A stretch of 64,000 nucleotides of DNA from a bacterium (GTDB taxonomy: Bacteria > Patescibacteriota > Patescibacteriia > 2-12-FULL-60-25), in assembly GCA_021796435.1 (NCBI GenBank), contig JAJYXM010000016.1:118625-182624 (forward strand), in the 5' to 3' direction. Shown piece by piece: positions 28,726-38,169 of the stretch; the first letter of the stretch is position 1, and each line of letters opens with the position of its first letter. Below the pieces are notes generated by a model, which was given only the letters and a program-made list of their open reading frames with translations, made no database searches and was not told the DNA's origin. Both the position numbers and the translations under genes were made by a program.

Positions 28726-29228
28726 ATTTTTTTGCTATCGTAGGCCCAGTGGAGTAGGGCTTGGCGTTGTTTGCGATGGCAGTCCAGTTCACCTTTGCGG
28801 CAGTTATTCTTTATCTGTGCCGCGTGACGTCTTATGGCCTTCCAGCGTTTTATCTGGCGAGCATCTTCTTCGGGTAGCCGACGACCCATGTAATAACGAC
28901 AATACCATTGGAACCAGCCGCGAGGATCATCTTTAGAGATCCAGCCTTTCTTTTCCCACTCCCTTAATGATTGACTGGCGTTGATCTTGAAGTAGTTGAG
29001 TTTAGCATCGTGTTTTTCGTGGCAGAGCTTGGCTTTTTTGAACCACGATTTAGGGAATTCATCCTGGCAGTCAGTCATGTACTTGCCTCCGAACACGCCG
29101 AGCTCGAGCATCTCTTTGGGCGTCAAATCTGGCTTGAATTCGGGATCGAAATTCCGGCCGACTGGTTCGGTGAGGTAATAGATATAGCCATGCTGCATCA
29201 GGTCATTGACGACGATTTTCTTGCGCAT
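28722..29228 (-). CDS. hypothetical protein (W/Y/C-rich)
   Basis: 168 aa with a GWFQWYCRYYMGRR motif; its stop overlaps the start of the 28330..28725 gene. Confidence 0.45.
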   Translation of the reverse strand: MRKKIVVNDLMQHGYIYYLTEPVGRNFDPEFKPDLTPKEMLELGVFGGKYMTDCQDEFPKSWFKKAKLCHEKHDAKLNYFKINASQSLREWEKKGWISKDDPRGWFQWYCRYYMGRRLPEEDARQIKRWKAIRRHAAQIKNNCRKGELDCHRKQRQALLHWAYDSKKI

Positions 29229-29607
29229 ACTTCAATTCATTTTTCCATCCGGTGTAGAACAGGCCAGCAATGAGGAATGCAGGACCGGCGATGATGATAG
29301 ACCACGCGATCATGTAGAATTCGAAATTATTGCGGATGGCGCTCATGGTCAAAAGCATTATGTAGGCTAAACCGGCCAGGAGATAGAAGACCGCACCGAC
29401 GAGTTTGTGTTTCCAGGCAACGGCAAGGACGATGGCTAAGACGAAGACCGGAATGTTATGCATGAAGAGTCCGAGGAGCGTACCCCAAAAACCGAGATTT
29501 TCATCGAATACATCAAGCGAGAACATGGCTAGGAACAGCAAGAAGAGGATGGATAGGATGCGGGGAGTCCAGAGGATCAGCTTTTCGCGTTTTGAGATCA
29601 TATTCAT
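29203..29607 (-). CDS. membrane protein
   Basis: 4 TM helices. Confidence 0.45.
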   Translation of the reverse strand: MNMISKREKLILWTPRILSILFLLFLAMFSLDVFDENLGFWGTLLGLFMHNIPVFVLAIVLAVAWKHKLVGAVFYLLAGLAYIMLLTMSAIRNNFEFYMIAWSIIIAGPAFLIAGLFYTGWKNELKYAQENRRQ

Positions 29608-29807
29608 TCAGACTGGATATATTGCACTCGACCGACTTCGCCGCTATCCAGCCGGACTTTGATGCCGCGCGGATGGACGGAGATATTGGTCAGGATGTCT
29701 TTGACGATGCCTTGCGTCATCTTGCCCGTTTTCTGGTCCTCTTTCTTGACCACAACCACGACCAGACCTGGTCGTATATTCCTGCGGATCGTGGGGTCGA
29801 GTTCCAT
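29604..29807 (-). CDS. YwbE-like small protein
   Basis: 67 aa; resembles the YwbE family. Confidence 0.45.
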   Translation of the reverse strand: MELDPTIRRNIRPGLVVVVVKKEDQKTGKMTQGIVKDILTNISVHPRGIKVRLDSGEVGRVQYIQSE

Positions 29808-29917
29808 GTCGGTAGTAGCTTAGCAGTTTATCGTAAATGAACAAAAAGAAAGCCCCGTAGCATCCGGAAGGACGGTACGGGGTTTTAAGGAGTCTTTATA
29901 GCCGACTGATGTCAGCC

Positions 29918-30250
29918 CTAGGCGGTGTGGCTGTGGCTGCGGCCGCAGTTGTCGCAGATGTAGGTGCTCGTCAGACCCCAATCCGATGAGCCTGACGTCG
30001 TGACCAGTCTTTGATAGTGGCCTTTGTGGGATATGATTTTTTTTGATTCCGTATTGCCACAGCTCCTGCACCTAAAAGTGCGTATGTAACGGCAGGGTCC
30101 ATTTGGGACTTCGCTAATTTGCTCCCAGTCGTGTTTGTTTTCTTCGCACATGATACCTGTCTCCCGACATGCCGCGGAACCGGTACCTCCGCAGCGGATT
30201 AAAGAGCTTATGTACCGGCGTGTGTCGTCGGATACGGCAACATGCGCCAA
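29918..30250 (-). CDS. Cys-rich hypothetical protein
   Basis: Several CxxC pairs. A downstream terminator hairpin CCCCGTA...TACGGGG lies at 29851-29883. Confidence 0.4.
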   Translation of the reverse strand: MAHVAVSDDTRRYISSLIRCGGTGSAACRETGIMCEENKHDWEQISEVPNGPCRYIRTFRCRSCGNTESKKIISHKGHYQRLVTTSGSSDWGLTSTYICDNCGRSHSHTA

Positions 30251-30546
30251 AACACAAACTCCGCCGGCAGAGCCAGCGGAGTTTTGTGATGATTAAAATC
30301 AGTAAATCAAACACCTTGGGCCTTGCCGTGAAGCTTGGTCCAGCGCCATGAGCGGGAAAGAGAGGCGTTTGATGACATATGGCTATCTTAAGATCAGCTT
30401 AGCACGGTTTGTGTTGGCGTCAAGATTTCGCGATCAGCCTTGCTTTTTTGACTCTGTGGAAGTGCTTGTAGTTGGTTTGCGTTCTTATCTTGGGGATAAA
30501 TATACGGATTTAGTTAAAAATGGCTGTTTGACAGATATTTGATAGT

Positions 30547-30561
30547 GTTCTATTTTTGTTC
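30547..30561 (+). promoter_or_regulatory. putative LexA box GTTC-N7-GTTC
   Basis: GTTCTATTTTTGTTC sits upstream of the four-helix-bundle gene and lexA. Confidence 0.5.
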
Positions 30562-30601
30562 GTATAGGGAATGACGAATGCCAAATGACGAATGACGAAT
30601 T

Positions 30602-30964
30602 ATGGAAGGTAATATAATCCAAACCAAAAGTTACGAATTCGCTTTGGCCATAGTCGATGTATACAAAAGGTTGTCGGGCGAACGGAGGGAGTTTGTATTG
30701 TCTAAGCAGTTGCTAAGAAGCGGTACTTCAATCGGTGCCAATATCGAAGAGGCGATTGGCGGGCAGTCGGATAGGGATTTCTTCACGAAGATGACTATAG
30801 CCTACAAAGAAGCGCGTGAGACTTTGTATTGGCTTCGTTTGTTAGGAGATGCAGGATATTTGGAAATGGATGATTCGGCATTATTAGGTAGTAAGTGCGA
30901 TGAGCTGTGCCGAATACTTTCCAAAATCCAATTAACTTTAAAATCTAGAATGAATAGTCCTTAA
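30602..30964 (+). CDS. four-helix-bundle protein (23S rRNA intervening-sequence protein family)
   Basis: SYEFALAIVDVYKRL...QLLRSGTSIGANIEEA is characteristic of this family. Flanked by inverted repeats. Confidence 0.6.
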   Translation: MEGNIIQTKSYEFALAIVDVYKRLSGERREFVLSKQLLRSGTSIGANIEEAIGGQSDRDFFTKMTIAYKEARETLYWLRLLGDAGYLEMDDSALLGSKCDELCRILSKIQLTLKSRMNSP

Positions 30965-31004
30965 TTCGTCATTTGGCATTCGTAATTCGTAATTAATAAA
31001 GTTT

Positions 31005-31628
31005 ATGCCCCCCTTAACACCAAAACAAAAAGAAGTCCTGGACTTCATCGTCAACTTCATAAATGAGCGTGGTTATCCGCCTTCGTTCCGTGAGATCGCC
31101 GATGGATTGGATCTGGCTTCGCCCTCGACCGTGCACGTACACATCCATGCCTTGAAGGAACGTGGTTTCCTTAAGGGCAATGTCGGTGGAGCTCCGGGTG
31201 CGCGCAATCTGGAACCGACGAATAAAGCTGTGCAGTGGGGTAAGAGCGTGCTGTTGCCGCTGAAGGGTCTGATCGCGGCTGGTGCGCCGATCGAGGCAGT
31301 AGAGGAGCGCGAAAGCTTTGCTGTACCGGTAGAGTTGGCGCCGGACTCGGCTAACTCGTATGTGTTGCGAGTAAAAGGTGATTCGATGATCGAGGATGGA
31401 ATCTTCGACGGAGATTATGTCGTAGTCGAACGTTGTCCAAGCCCAAAGAACGGCGACACGGTCGTAGCGCTTTTGGATAATGAGTATGCCACGCTAAAGC
31501 GTTTCTATCGTGAACGTGACCGCATCCGTCTGCAGCCGGCGAATTCGACCATGAAACCGATCTATTGTTACGACCCGTTGATCCAGGGGGTCGTCAGGGC
31601 AGTGATCAGAAAGTTCGAGTTGAGATAA
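31005..31628 (+). CDS. lexA: LexA repressor
   Basis: N-terminal winged HTH; cleavage region with S24 peptidase Ser (GDSM) and Lys. Confidence 0.85.
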   Translation: MPPLTPKQKEVLDFIVNFINERGYPPSFREIADGLDLASPSTVHVHIHALKERGFLKGNVGGAPGARNLEPTNKAVQWGKSVLLPLKGLIAAGAPIEAVEERESFAVPVELAPDSANSYVLRVKGDSMIEDGIFDGDYVVVERCPSPKNGDTVVALLDNEYATLKRFYRERDRIRLQPANSTMKPIYCYDPLIQGVVRAVIRKFELR

Positions 31629-31848
31629 ATTTCGCCTAACATACGACTTAAACGAAGTTTGATTTTTTCAGAGTCGGAACGAGGATTTTTGAGGCAACCC
31701 GCAAAAATCCGAAGTGACCTCGAAAAAATCAAATTTGGGAGAGGCACGAGCCGAGTGCCGAGCCGTTTAAGTCGTGTTATACACCCCGAACGAAGTGAGA
31801 GCGCAGCGTGGTCTGAGCCGAAAGGCGAAGAAGTTTTTCTTTGGGCAA

Positions 31849-32457
31849 TTATAGAATCTTAATTATTCCAATAATTGCATCTGATTTCTTATCTTGATTT
31901 TTAAAAACAAAACCATCCTTCTTTATTTCTTTCTCTCTTCCTTTGTATCTATGTTCAACTCTTTCTAATTGAGATAAATCATAAACGATGGCTATATCAA
32001 CTTTTACAGGTTTGTTCCTGTCAGCTATTGGCCAAAAATAAAATGGCTCGAGAAAATGTTTAAAATATTCATCATTCTTTTTGACTTTGAAATCCAATGC
32101 AAAAAAGTCGATATGCTTGTTATCAAGATTTTCATATCTGTCACCCTTCCGCTTTGGATTATATCTGTCGTATCCTAATTTTTTTATTATTTTGATTAAA
32201 TCATCTATTGTTTTTCCTTTGTGTTCATCTGAACCTAAAACTCTAATAGCGACTTTTTTGCCTAGAAAATGAGATTTTAAACATTTATCAATTTTTTTAC
32301 CTATCTTTTCAAAATCAGGAACATTATCCCAATATATTTTTGGAATTTTGATGTTGTACCAAGGTGTTCCTGCATAATCCATTTTATTTTTGGTGTTTTT
32401 GAAATTTTTAAGTTTATATTCAGGAACACTGACTTGATAGATTGGAATTTTAGCCAT
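31849..32457 (-). CDS. hypothetical protein (AT-rich, Lys-rich)
   Basis: 202-aa ORF in a markedly AT-rich segment. Confidence 0.4.
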   Translation of the reverse strand: MAKIPIYQVSVPEYKLKNFKNTKNKMDYAGTPWYNIKIPKIYWDNVPDFEKIGKKIDKCLKSHFLGKKVAIRVLGSDEHKGKTIDDLIKIIKKLGYDRYNPKRKGDRYENLDNKHIDFFALDFKVKKNDEYFKHFLEPFYFWPIADRNKPVKVDIAIVYDLSQLERVEHRYKGREKEIKKDGFVFKNQDKKSDAIIGIIKIL

Positions 32458-32637
32458 AGTTATCTTAAAGATGGTTTTGTTTTATAAGCTTTTACATCAA
32501 AGTGCCCAAAGAAAAATTGTGTATAACTCGTTTTTGTGCGCAGTGATTGTGGTTTAGGCTGCGATATTGGCATGTTAGACGATGTGTGTTAGCTAGTAAA
32601 TAAGGTGCACGTTCGTAATCCATGTTTATTCTTAGCC

Positions 32638-33462
32638 ATGTTTTTTATGTTGGAGAGATGTCTGCAGAAGACGGCTGACGAAATACGTTTGCGCAATTAT
32701 AGTCGCAAGACCATTAGCGCGTATTTGGCTTGTATAAAGGATTTTTTGTCTAAGAATCCGAATTGCTGTGAACATTGTGATGAGGAAGTAATTCGTCGTT
32801 TTTTGTTGGACAAACATGAAAAGGATTATTCGCCACAAACCGTGAATTTATACTTGAATGCAATCAAATATTATTATCTTGATGTTTTGCGTCTGGGCGT
32901 AAAAATCAATATCAGATTCGCCAAGCGATCAAAGAGGCTGCCTGTCGTGCTGTCTCGTGGTGAGATAGCACGCTTGCTTTCGACCATCAGGAACAACAAA
33001 CATAAGGTTTTGGTGGCCTTAGCTTATGGCGCTGGTATGCGCGTCAGCGAAATAGTCAGGTTGAGGGTCGGCGACGTGTTGTTGGACGAGCTTGTTTTGC
33101 ATATCAAACAAGCCAAGGGGGCCAAAGATAGGATTACAGTAATGCCGGAAAGATTGGCAGATGAGCTGCGTGCTCTGATGGCCGGAAAAGCTCGGGAAGA
33201 TTTTGTTTTTTCCAGCGAACGCGGCGGTCGACTTTCTGAGAGGACGGCGCAGGTTGTGTTCGAACGTGCATTAGTATCAGCCGGGATAGGCAAAACCGCA
33301 ACTTTCCACTCGTTACGTCATAGTTTTGCTACGCATTTACTGGAGAATGGGGTGGATGTGCGTTATGTGCAGGAACTTTTGGGACATCAGAACATACGCA
33401 CGACCCAAATCTACACGCATGTGACTGATCCGGGCATCAGGGGGATAAAAAGTCCGTTTTGA
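32638..33462 (+). CDS. tyrosine site-specific recombinase (XerC/D/integrase family)
   Basis: Catalytic pattern R...HSLRHSFATHLL...R..LLGH....T.IYTHV. Confidence 0.75.
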   Translation: MFFMLERCLQKTADEIRLRNYSRKTISAYLACIKDFLSKNPNCCEHCDEEVIRRFLLDKHEKDYSPQTVNLYLNAIKYYYLDVLRLGVKINIRFAKRSKRLPVVLSRGEIARLLSTIRNNKHKVLVALAYGAGMRVSEIVRLRVGDVLLDELVLHIKQAKGAKDRITVMPERLADELRALMAGKAREDFVFSSERGGRLSERTAQVVFERALVSAGIGKTATFHSLRHSFATHLLENGVDVRYVQELLGHQNIRTTQIYTHVTDPGIRGIKSPF

Positions 33463-33498
33463 ACTTATATTTCAGGGGCTTGACGAGTATTTGCAAGT

Positions 33499-33513
33499 GT
33501 TCTATTTTTGTTC
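33499..33513 (+). promoter_or_regulatory. putative LexA box GTTC-N7-GTTC
   Basis: AGTGTTCTATTTTTGTTCTAGTA is near-identical over 23 nt to the site at 30545. Confidence 0.5.
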
Positions 33514-33606
33514 TAGTAGGCTGATGGATTGTCATCTCGGCCAGCGCGGAGGGATTTTCCAACTAGAAGATTTCTCGACTGTGCTCGAAATGACATTAAG
33601 AGACAT

Positions 33607-33852
33607 ATGTACGAAAAAATCGCGCAGACAATCGACGTATTAGTGGCCTTCCGGAAAGGGCAGGTAGAACCCATGACTTTCAAATGGGATGGTCATTATT
33701 ATCAGGTCAAGAAGGTGAACTTGGTGCACAGCGAGCGGCGGGGCAGGGAAAAGGTAGTGATCTTTTCCGTGTCGGATGAGGCAAATGCGTATCGATTGGC
33801 GTTTTCGACGGAGACGCTGGGCTGGGAGCTGGAGGAGATGGCGACGTTATAA
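33607..33852 (+). CDS. small hypothetical protein
   Basis: ORF beginning just after a roughly 70-bp palindrome. Confidence 0.35.
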   Translation: MYEKIAQTIDVLVAFRKGQVEPMTFKWDGHYYQVKKVNLVHSERRGREKVVIFSVSDEANAYRLAFSTETLGWELEEMATL

Positions 33853-33939
33853 ATAGAATTGTCATCTCGACCGAAGCGGAGAGATCTTCCGGATGTATAG
33901 TCCCTTGAAAAATCTTCTAAACCGTGGCAGCAGTAAGTA

Positions 33940-34230
33940 ATGGGTAGGATTTACTGGGTGTACATACTTACGAATTGCGTGAGCAGCGTCTTTTATATCG
34001 GCGTGACGAATGATTTGGAAAGGAGGCTATTTGAGCATAAAAGTCATGCGGTTCACGGTTTTACAGATAAATATCAGATTAACCGTTTGATTTATTTCGA
34101 AGAGACTACGGATATCATGGCTGCGATTGAGAGAGAAAAGCAGTTGAAGAGGTGGAGCCGGAGTAAGAAAGAACGGTTGATAGCTACGTTGAATCCATTT
34201 TGGAATGATCTGTCGGATGGTTCCCAATAG
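33940..34230 (+). CDS. GIY-YIG nuclease-superfamily protein
   Basis: IYWVYIL...FYIGVTNDLERRLFEHK matches the GIY-YIG motif. Confidence 0.7.
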   Translation: MGRIYWVYILTNCVSSVFYIGVTNDLERRLFEHKSHAVHGFTDKYQINRLIYFEETTDIMAAIEREKQLKRWSRSKKERLIATLNPFWNDLSDGSQ

Positions 34231-34394
34231 GAAGATTTATCGACTGTGCTCGAAATGACATTTTAGAATAAATTGTCATCTCGACCGAAGCGGAGAGATC
34301 TTCCAGACGGAGTGATTCGCCTGTCCGTCCTTCGAGTAGAAGATTTCTCCACTCAGTCGCTAGGCTCCTTCTGTCGAAATGACATTAAGCTTTT

Positions 34395-35780
34395 ATGTCT
34401 TTTTCTCACTCAAAAAATCTCATTGTCCACCTCGACATGAATTCGTATTTCGCGTCGGTGGAGCAGCAGGCTAATCCTACTCTGCGCGGTCGGCCGTTGG
34501 GCGTATGTGCTTATCTTCATAAGAAGGGTTGCGTTATAGCGGCGTCGATCGAGGCAAAGCGTTTAGGCATGAAGGTCGGGATGTCGGTGGAAGAGGCAAA
34601 GATGAAGGTGCCGGGTGCGGTGTTTGTGCAGAATGATCCGCCTAAATATCGTGCGGTGACGTCGCGCGTGTTCGGGATTTTGCATGAACTGACGGACTGC
34701 ATGGAGCACTATTCCATCGATGAAGCGTTCCTCGACATGACGGGTTGGTACCGTGATGCGGCGGAAGTGGCTTGGGTGATGACCCGCGCGCGGCGACGTA
34801 TCCGTGACGAGGTCGGGGATTGGTTGCGCTGTTCCATCGGCATCGCGCCGACGAGATTCTTGGCCAAGACGGCATCTGACATGGAAAAACCGAATGGTTT
34901 GGTGGTGATAGACTACGATAATCTGGATGAGATCCTGGCTAGTTTGGACCTGCAAGATGTGTGCGGTATCGGGCCACGCATCAGTCGACGATTGAAGCGC
35001 CTGGGGATCGAGACGCTGTTGGACCTGAAGCGTTATCCGGTCGGAAACCTGATGCGAGCTTTCGGTAAGAATGGGTTTTACCTGTGGTCTAAGGTAAACG
35101 GCTCCGAAGTGGAGAACGTGACGTCATCAGATGCGGCACCATCGCCTAAATCAGTAGGGCATTCGTATTGCGTCCCTGACAGGGTGAACAAGGAAGGGAA
35201 GGTCTTGGCTACGCTGGTCAAATTGACGGAGCGTGCCGGACGCAGATTGCGTGCCCTGGGTCTCGTGGCTGGGTCGGTGTATGTGAACGTGGGTTTCAGG
35301 AACAGTCTCGTCTCGCCGTTGACCGAAGTGCGTCCGTCGTTCTGGCAGCCGGGGGCGGGTGAAGGAGGCACGTTGTATTCGCTGTTGGATGAACCGGCTT
35401 CGGATTCTTTCACCCTAGTCGGTGCAGCGACGGAGTTATTGCGTGAATTGTGGCATGGGGAAAGGGTGAACTTTCTAGCGGTGACGCTGACAAATCTGGC
35501 GCCGCCTTCACGGCAAGAAAAACTGTCTTCCTGTGCCGCTGTCATCCCGGACTTTATTCGGGATTCAGAAGCTAGATCCCGGGTCTTTGCCCGGGATGAC
35601 GTGGGTACGATTTGTTGGAACGGCGAGGTTGATCGTAAGCGCCTAGCCTCGAAGGCAGCTGACTTGGTGCGCGACCGTTATGGGGACGAGGCGATAGTCT
35701 TGGGTAATATGTTGGGCTTGGGCGATGAGGCGCCGGATAGGATCGGGTTCAGGAAAGTGGAAGGCCTAGAGTTCAGGTGA
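34395..35780 (+). CDS. dinB: DNA polymerase IV (Y-family) with a roughly 100-aa C-terminal extension
   Basis: LDMNSYFASVE...; Y-family palm, fingers and little-finger order. The ORF continues about 100 aa beyond the usual DinB end. Confidence 0.85.
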   Translation: MSFSHSKNLIVHLDMNSYFASVEQQANPTLRGRPLGVCAYLHKKGCVIAASIEAKRLGMKVGMSVEEAKMKVPGAVFVQNDPPKYRAVTSRVFGILHELTDCMEHYSIDEAFLDMTGWYRDAAEVAWVMTRARRRIRDEVGDWLRCSIGIAPTRFLAKTASDMEKPNGLVVIDYDNLDEILASLDLQDVCGIGPRISRRLKRLGIETLLDLKRYPVGNLMRAFGKNGFYLWSKVNGSEVENVTSSDAAPSPKSVGHSYCVPDRVNKEGKVLATLVKLTERAGRRLRALGLVAGSVYVNVGFRNSLVSPLTEVRPSFWQPGAGEGGTLYSLLDEPASDSFTLVGAATELLRELWHGERVNFLAVTLTNLAPPSRQEKLSSCAAVIPDFIRDSEARSRVFARDDVGTICWNGEVDRKRLASKAADLVRDRYGDEAIVLGNMLGLGDEAPDRIGFRKVEGLEFR

Positions 35781-35846
35781 CTGTATCTTGCAAGAACCGG
35801 CTTTCATGCTTAAGCTTGTGGCACACATTCGAGTCAGGAGGCGATT

Positions 35847-36401
35847 ATGCATGCGGAATTGAAGAAGCGCGGGCAGGAACTCATCGCGGCGGCGGAATTC
35901 CTGGAGCAAGTCGAGGCCGTGCTGGCCAAGCATGGGATCGGCCGTCAGGGATCGGAGTGGGTCATGGAGGTCGGTTTTCCGGAGCGAATGGAGAAGACTA
36001 GGACAAGAGCAAGCGGCGGAACGGGGAACACGGCCATTTATTGGGGCATGTCTAATCCGCCGCATAGCGCGGTTACGGCGTATGTCGAGCTCCATTTCGT
36101 AAAAATGGGCCGCGCTAATGATGAGTCGCTCTTCAAGACGCGTGAGGCGCGGCTTGTGTACTTCACGGGCGACTCGCCTTTCTACTCGTTCAGCGTTTAC
36201 GATTTCGACAAGCATTGCGACTCGGATTTCCCGGAATGGGATCCGACGCTAGCGGAATTCCTGCTGGCGCGACACGTCCCGCTCGGCGAACTGCCGAAGA
36301 AGCGTCCTAGCCGCGAGGACGTGTTCGAGATCGTGGAGACCGTGGCCAAGTTCTACGCTGGCCTGAGGTGGCCTGAAGCATGCGCTACAAGCGCACTCTG
36401 A
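35847..36401 (+). CDS. hypothetical protein
   Basis: ORF of 184 aa. Confidence 0.45.
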   Translation: MHAELKKRGQELIAAAEFLEQVEAVLAKHGIGRQGSEWVMEVGFPERMEKTRTRASGGTGNTAIYWGMSNPPHSAVTAYVELHFVKMGRANDESLFKTREARLVYFTGDSPFYSFSVYDFDKHCDSDFPEWDPTLAEFLLARHVPLGELPKKRPSREDVFEIVETVAKFYAGLRWPEACATSAL

Positions 36402-36438
36402 CGTAAAAGCTCCGCTGTTCTGGCGGAGCTTCACGTGT

Positions 36439-37227
36439 TTAGCGGCTGGTGACCTTGGATATGTCTATGAACGGCGTCGCTCCGCTCATGACGGCAGGCA
36501 GCTTGCCGTCCCACTTCTCGATGGCACGCAGTTCCAAGACTTGGGGATTCGAACGCAGCGCTTCTGATTCGACGCGCAGAGCTTCGGCCTTACCGCGCGC
36601 TTCGGCGATGTTCTGGTCGGCTTCGAATTTGATCTGTTCCAGCTTGTTCTTGGCGGCGAGCGCGGCCTGTTCCGCGGTCACTTTGGCCTCGATGGCTTCG
36701 TTGAATGATTTGGAGAAGCTGAAATCCACGATGTTGAAGTCGTCGACTTCGATGCCATGCGGCGAGAGCTTGTTTTTGACATGGTTGCGGATCTCTTCGC
36801 GGACTTCTTCACGTTTGGTGATTAGCTCTTCGGCCGTGTATTTGGCAGTCGAGGCTTTGACCGATTCCTGTAACGCAGGGTCGATGAGTCTCGTCTTGTA
36901 ATCCACGCCTACATCCTGGTAGATGTTGGCGACTTTATCGGGATTGATGTGGAAGTTGAGCGCTACGATGCTGCTGACGCTTTGCAGGTCTTTAGAGGCG
37001 GCCGTTGCATCGACCTGTTCTTTTTGAATTTTGACGTCCATCACTACGACACGATCCGCGATCGGTACGCGCATGAACAGACCTTCGTCGTAAATCTTAT
37101 CAGTGACGGCGTCCCAACGGAGGAGCACGCCTCGTTCACCGGCGCCGATAGTGCCGAACGGCCAGGCTATAAGTAAGACGACGATGACTGCAAATGCCGC
37201 TATGGCTGGCTTGATGGGGAATTTCAT
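36439..37227 (-). CDS. SPFH/band-7 (prohibitin-like) membrane protein
   Basis: N-terminal TM helix followed by an SPFH-like domain. Confidence 0.7.
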   Translation of the reverse strand: MKFPIKPAIAAFAVIVVLLIAWPFGTIGAGERGVLLRWDAVTDKIYDEGLFMRVPIADRVVVMDVKIQKEQVDATAASKDLQSVSSIVALNFHINPDKVANIYQDVGVDYKTRLIDPALQESVKASTAKYTAEELITKREEVREEIRNHVKNKLSPHGIEVDDFNIVDFSFSKSFNEAIEAKVTAEQAALAAKNKLEQIKFEADQNIAEARGKAEALRVESEALRSNPQVLELRAIEKWDGKLPAVMSGATPFIDISKVTSR

Positions 37228-37275
37228 ATGGCTTCAGTAGACTTGATATATGAAAACGTGTCAATATTGCGGCAT

Positions 37276-38160
37276 ATGAAAGCAGCTGTAGTATCACCAT
37301 CCGCGCCGTCGACATTTTCCGAAGAGCGCAGAAGCCAGTATGAGAGAGGGCTCACTAACATGAGCGTTTGGGGATTAGATTACGTAGTCATGCCACATGC
37401 GGCGAATGCTTTGAGCTATGTGTCGGATACGGCGGACAACCGGCTGGACGACTTCATGGCGGCTTATCATGACAAGACCGTCGATGTCGTCATGACCACT
37501 AACGGCGGTTGGAATGCGGGTGATATCCTGGCGGGCATAGATTGGGAAACCGTGAAAAATAATCCCAAGACATTGGTAGGTTTCTCGGACATCACAGCAT
37601 TATTGAATGCCGCATACGCCAAGACGGGTCAGGTCCAGATACAGGGGCCGATGGTGACGTGGGGTTTCAATGAGAACGATCGGCTGACGATAGAATGTTT
37701 CATGAAGGCATTGCGGGATAAGCACTACGATCTACCGTTAGAGAAATTCGGTAAATTTTTGCGCGGTTCGAATCTTGAGGGTATAGGGATCGGCGGTAAT
37801 CTGGTCACGCTTGAGTCATTATTCGGCACACCATACATGCCGGATTTCGAGGGTAAGATATTGTTTTGGGAAGAGACGGAAGAAAAATTGCCAGCCCTGA
37901 TGAGGATCTTGGCACATTACAAGAACGTCGGCGCGTGGGATAAGATCAAAGGGATGATCATCGGACGGTTGGACCAGATCGACTGCCGCTTCGCTGGTCG
38001 GGAGTTTGATCCGCTGACGACGATATTGGAGCATCTTGAGCCTTATGGTTTTCCTATAATGAAGACTGAACTGTTCGGTCATGAGATAGATCAGTATCTT
38101 CCACTACCGGTCGGCGGTAAGATAAAAGCTGATGAAGCAAAGATACAATTCACATTCTGA
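37276..38160 (+). CDS. LD-carboxypeptidase (peptidase S66, LdcA/MccF-like)
   Basis: VGFSDITALL nucleophile-region motif and overall S66 layout. Confidence 0.7.
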   Translation: MKAAVVSPSAPSTFSEERRSQYERGLTNMSVWGLDYVVMPHAANALSYVSDTADNRLDDFMAAYHDKTVDVVMTTNGGWNAGDILAGIDWETVKNNPKTLVGFSDITALLNAAYAKTGQVQIQGPMVTWGFNENDRLTIECFMKALRDKHYDLPLEKFGKFLRGSNLEGIGIGGNLVTLESLFGTPYMPDFEGKILFWEETEEKLPALMRILAHYKNVGAWDKIKGMIIGRLDQIDCRFAGREFDPLTTILEHLEPYGFPIMKTELFGHEIDQYLPLPVGGKIKADEAKIQFTF

Positions 38161-38169
38161 ATCATTGAT

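Noticed and set aside
32638-34400. Confident call of an integron
   Set aside because: The recombinase is co-oriented with the cassettes rather than divergent. I cannot verify an IntI-specific domain or the R/L core boxes by eye. It is kept as a hypothesis only.
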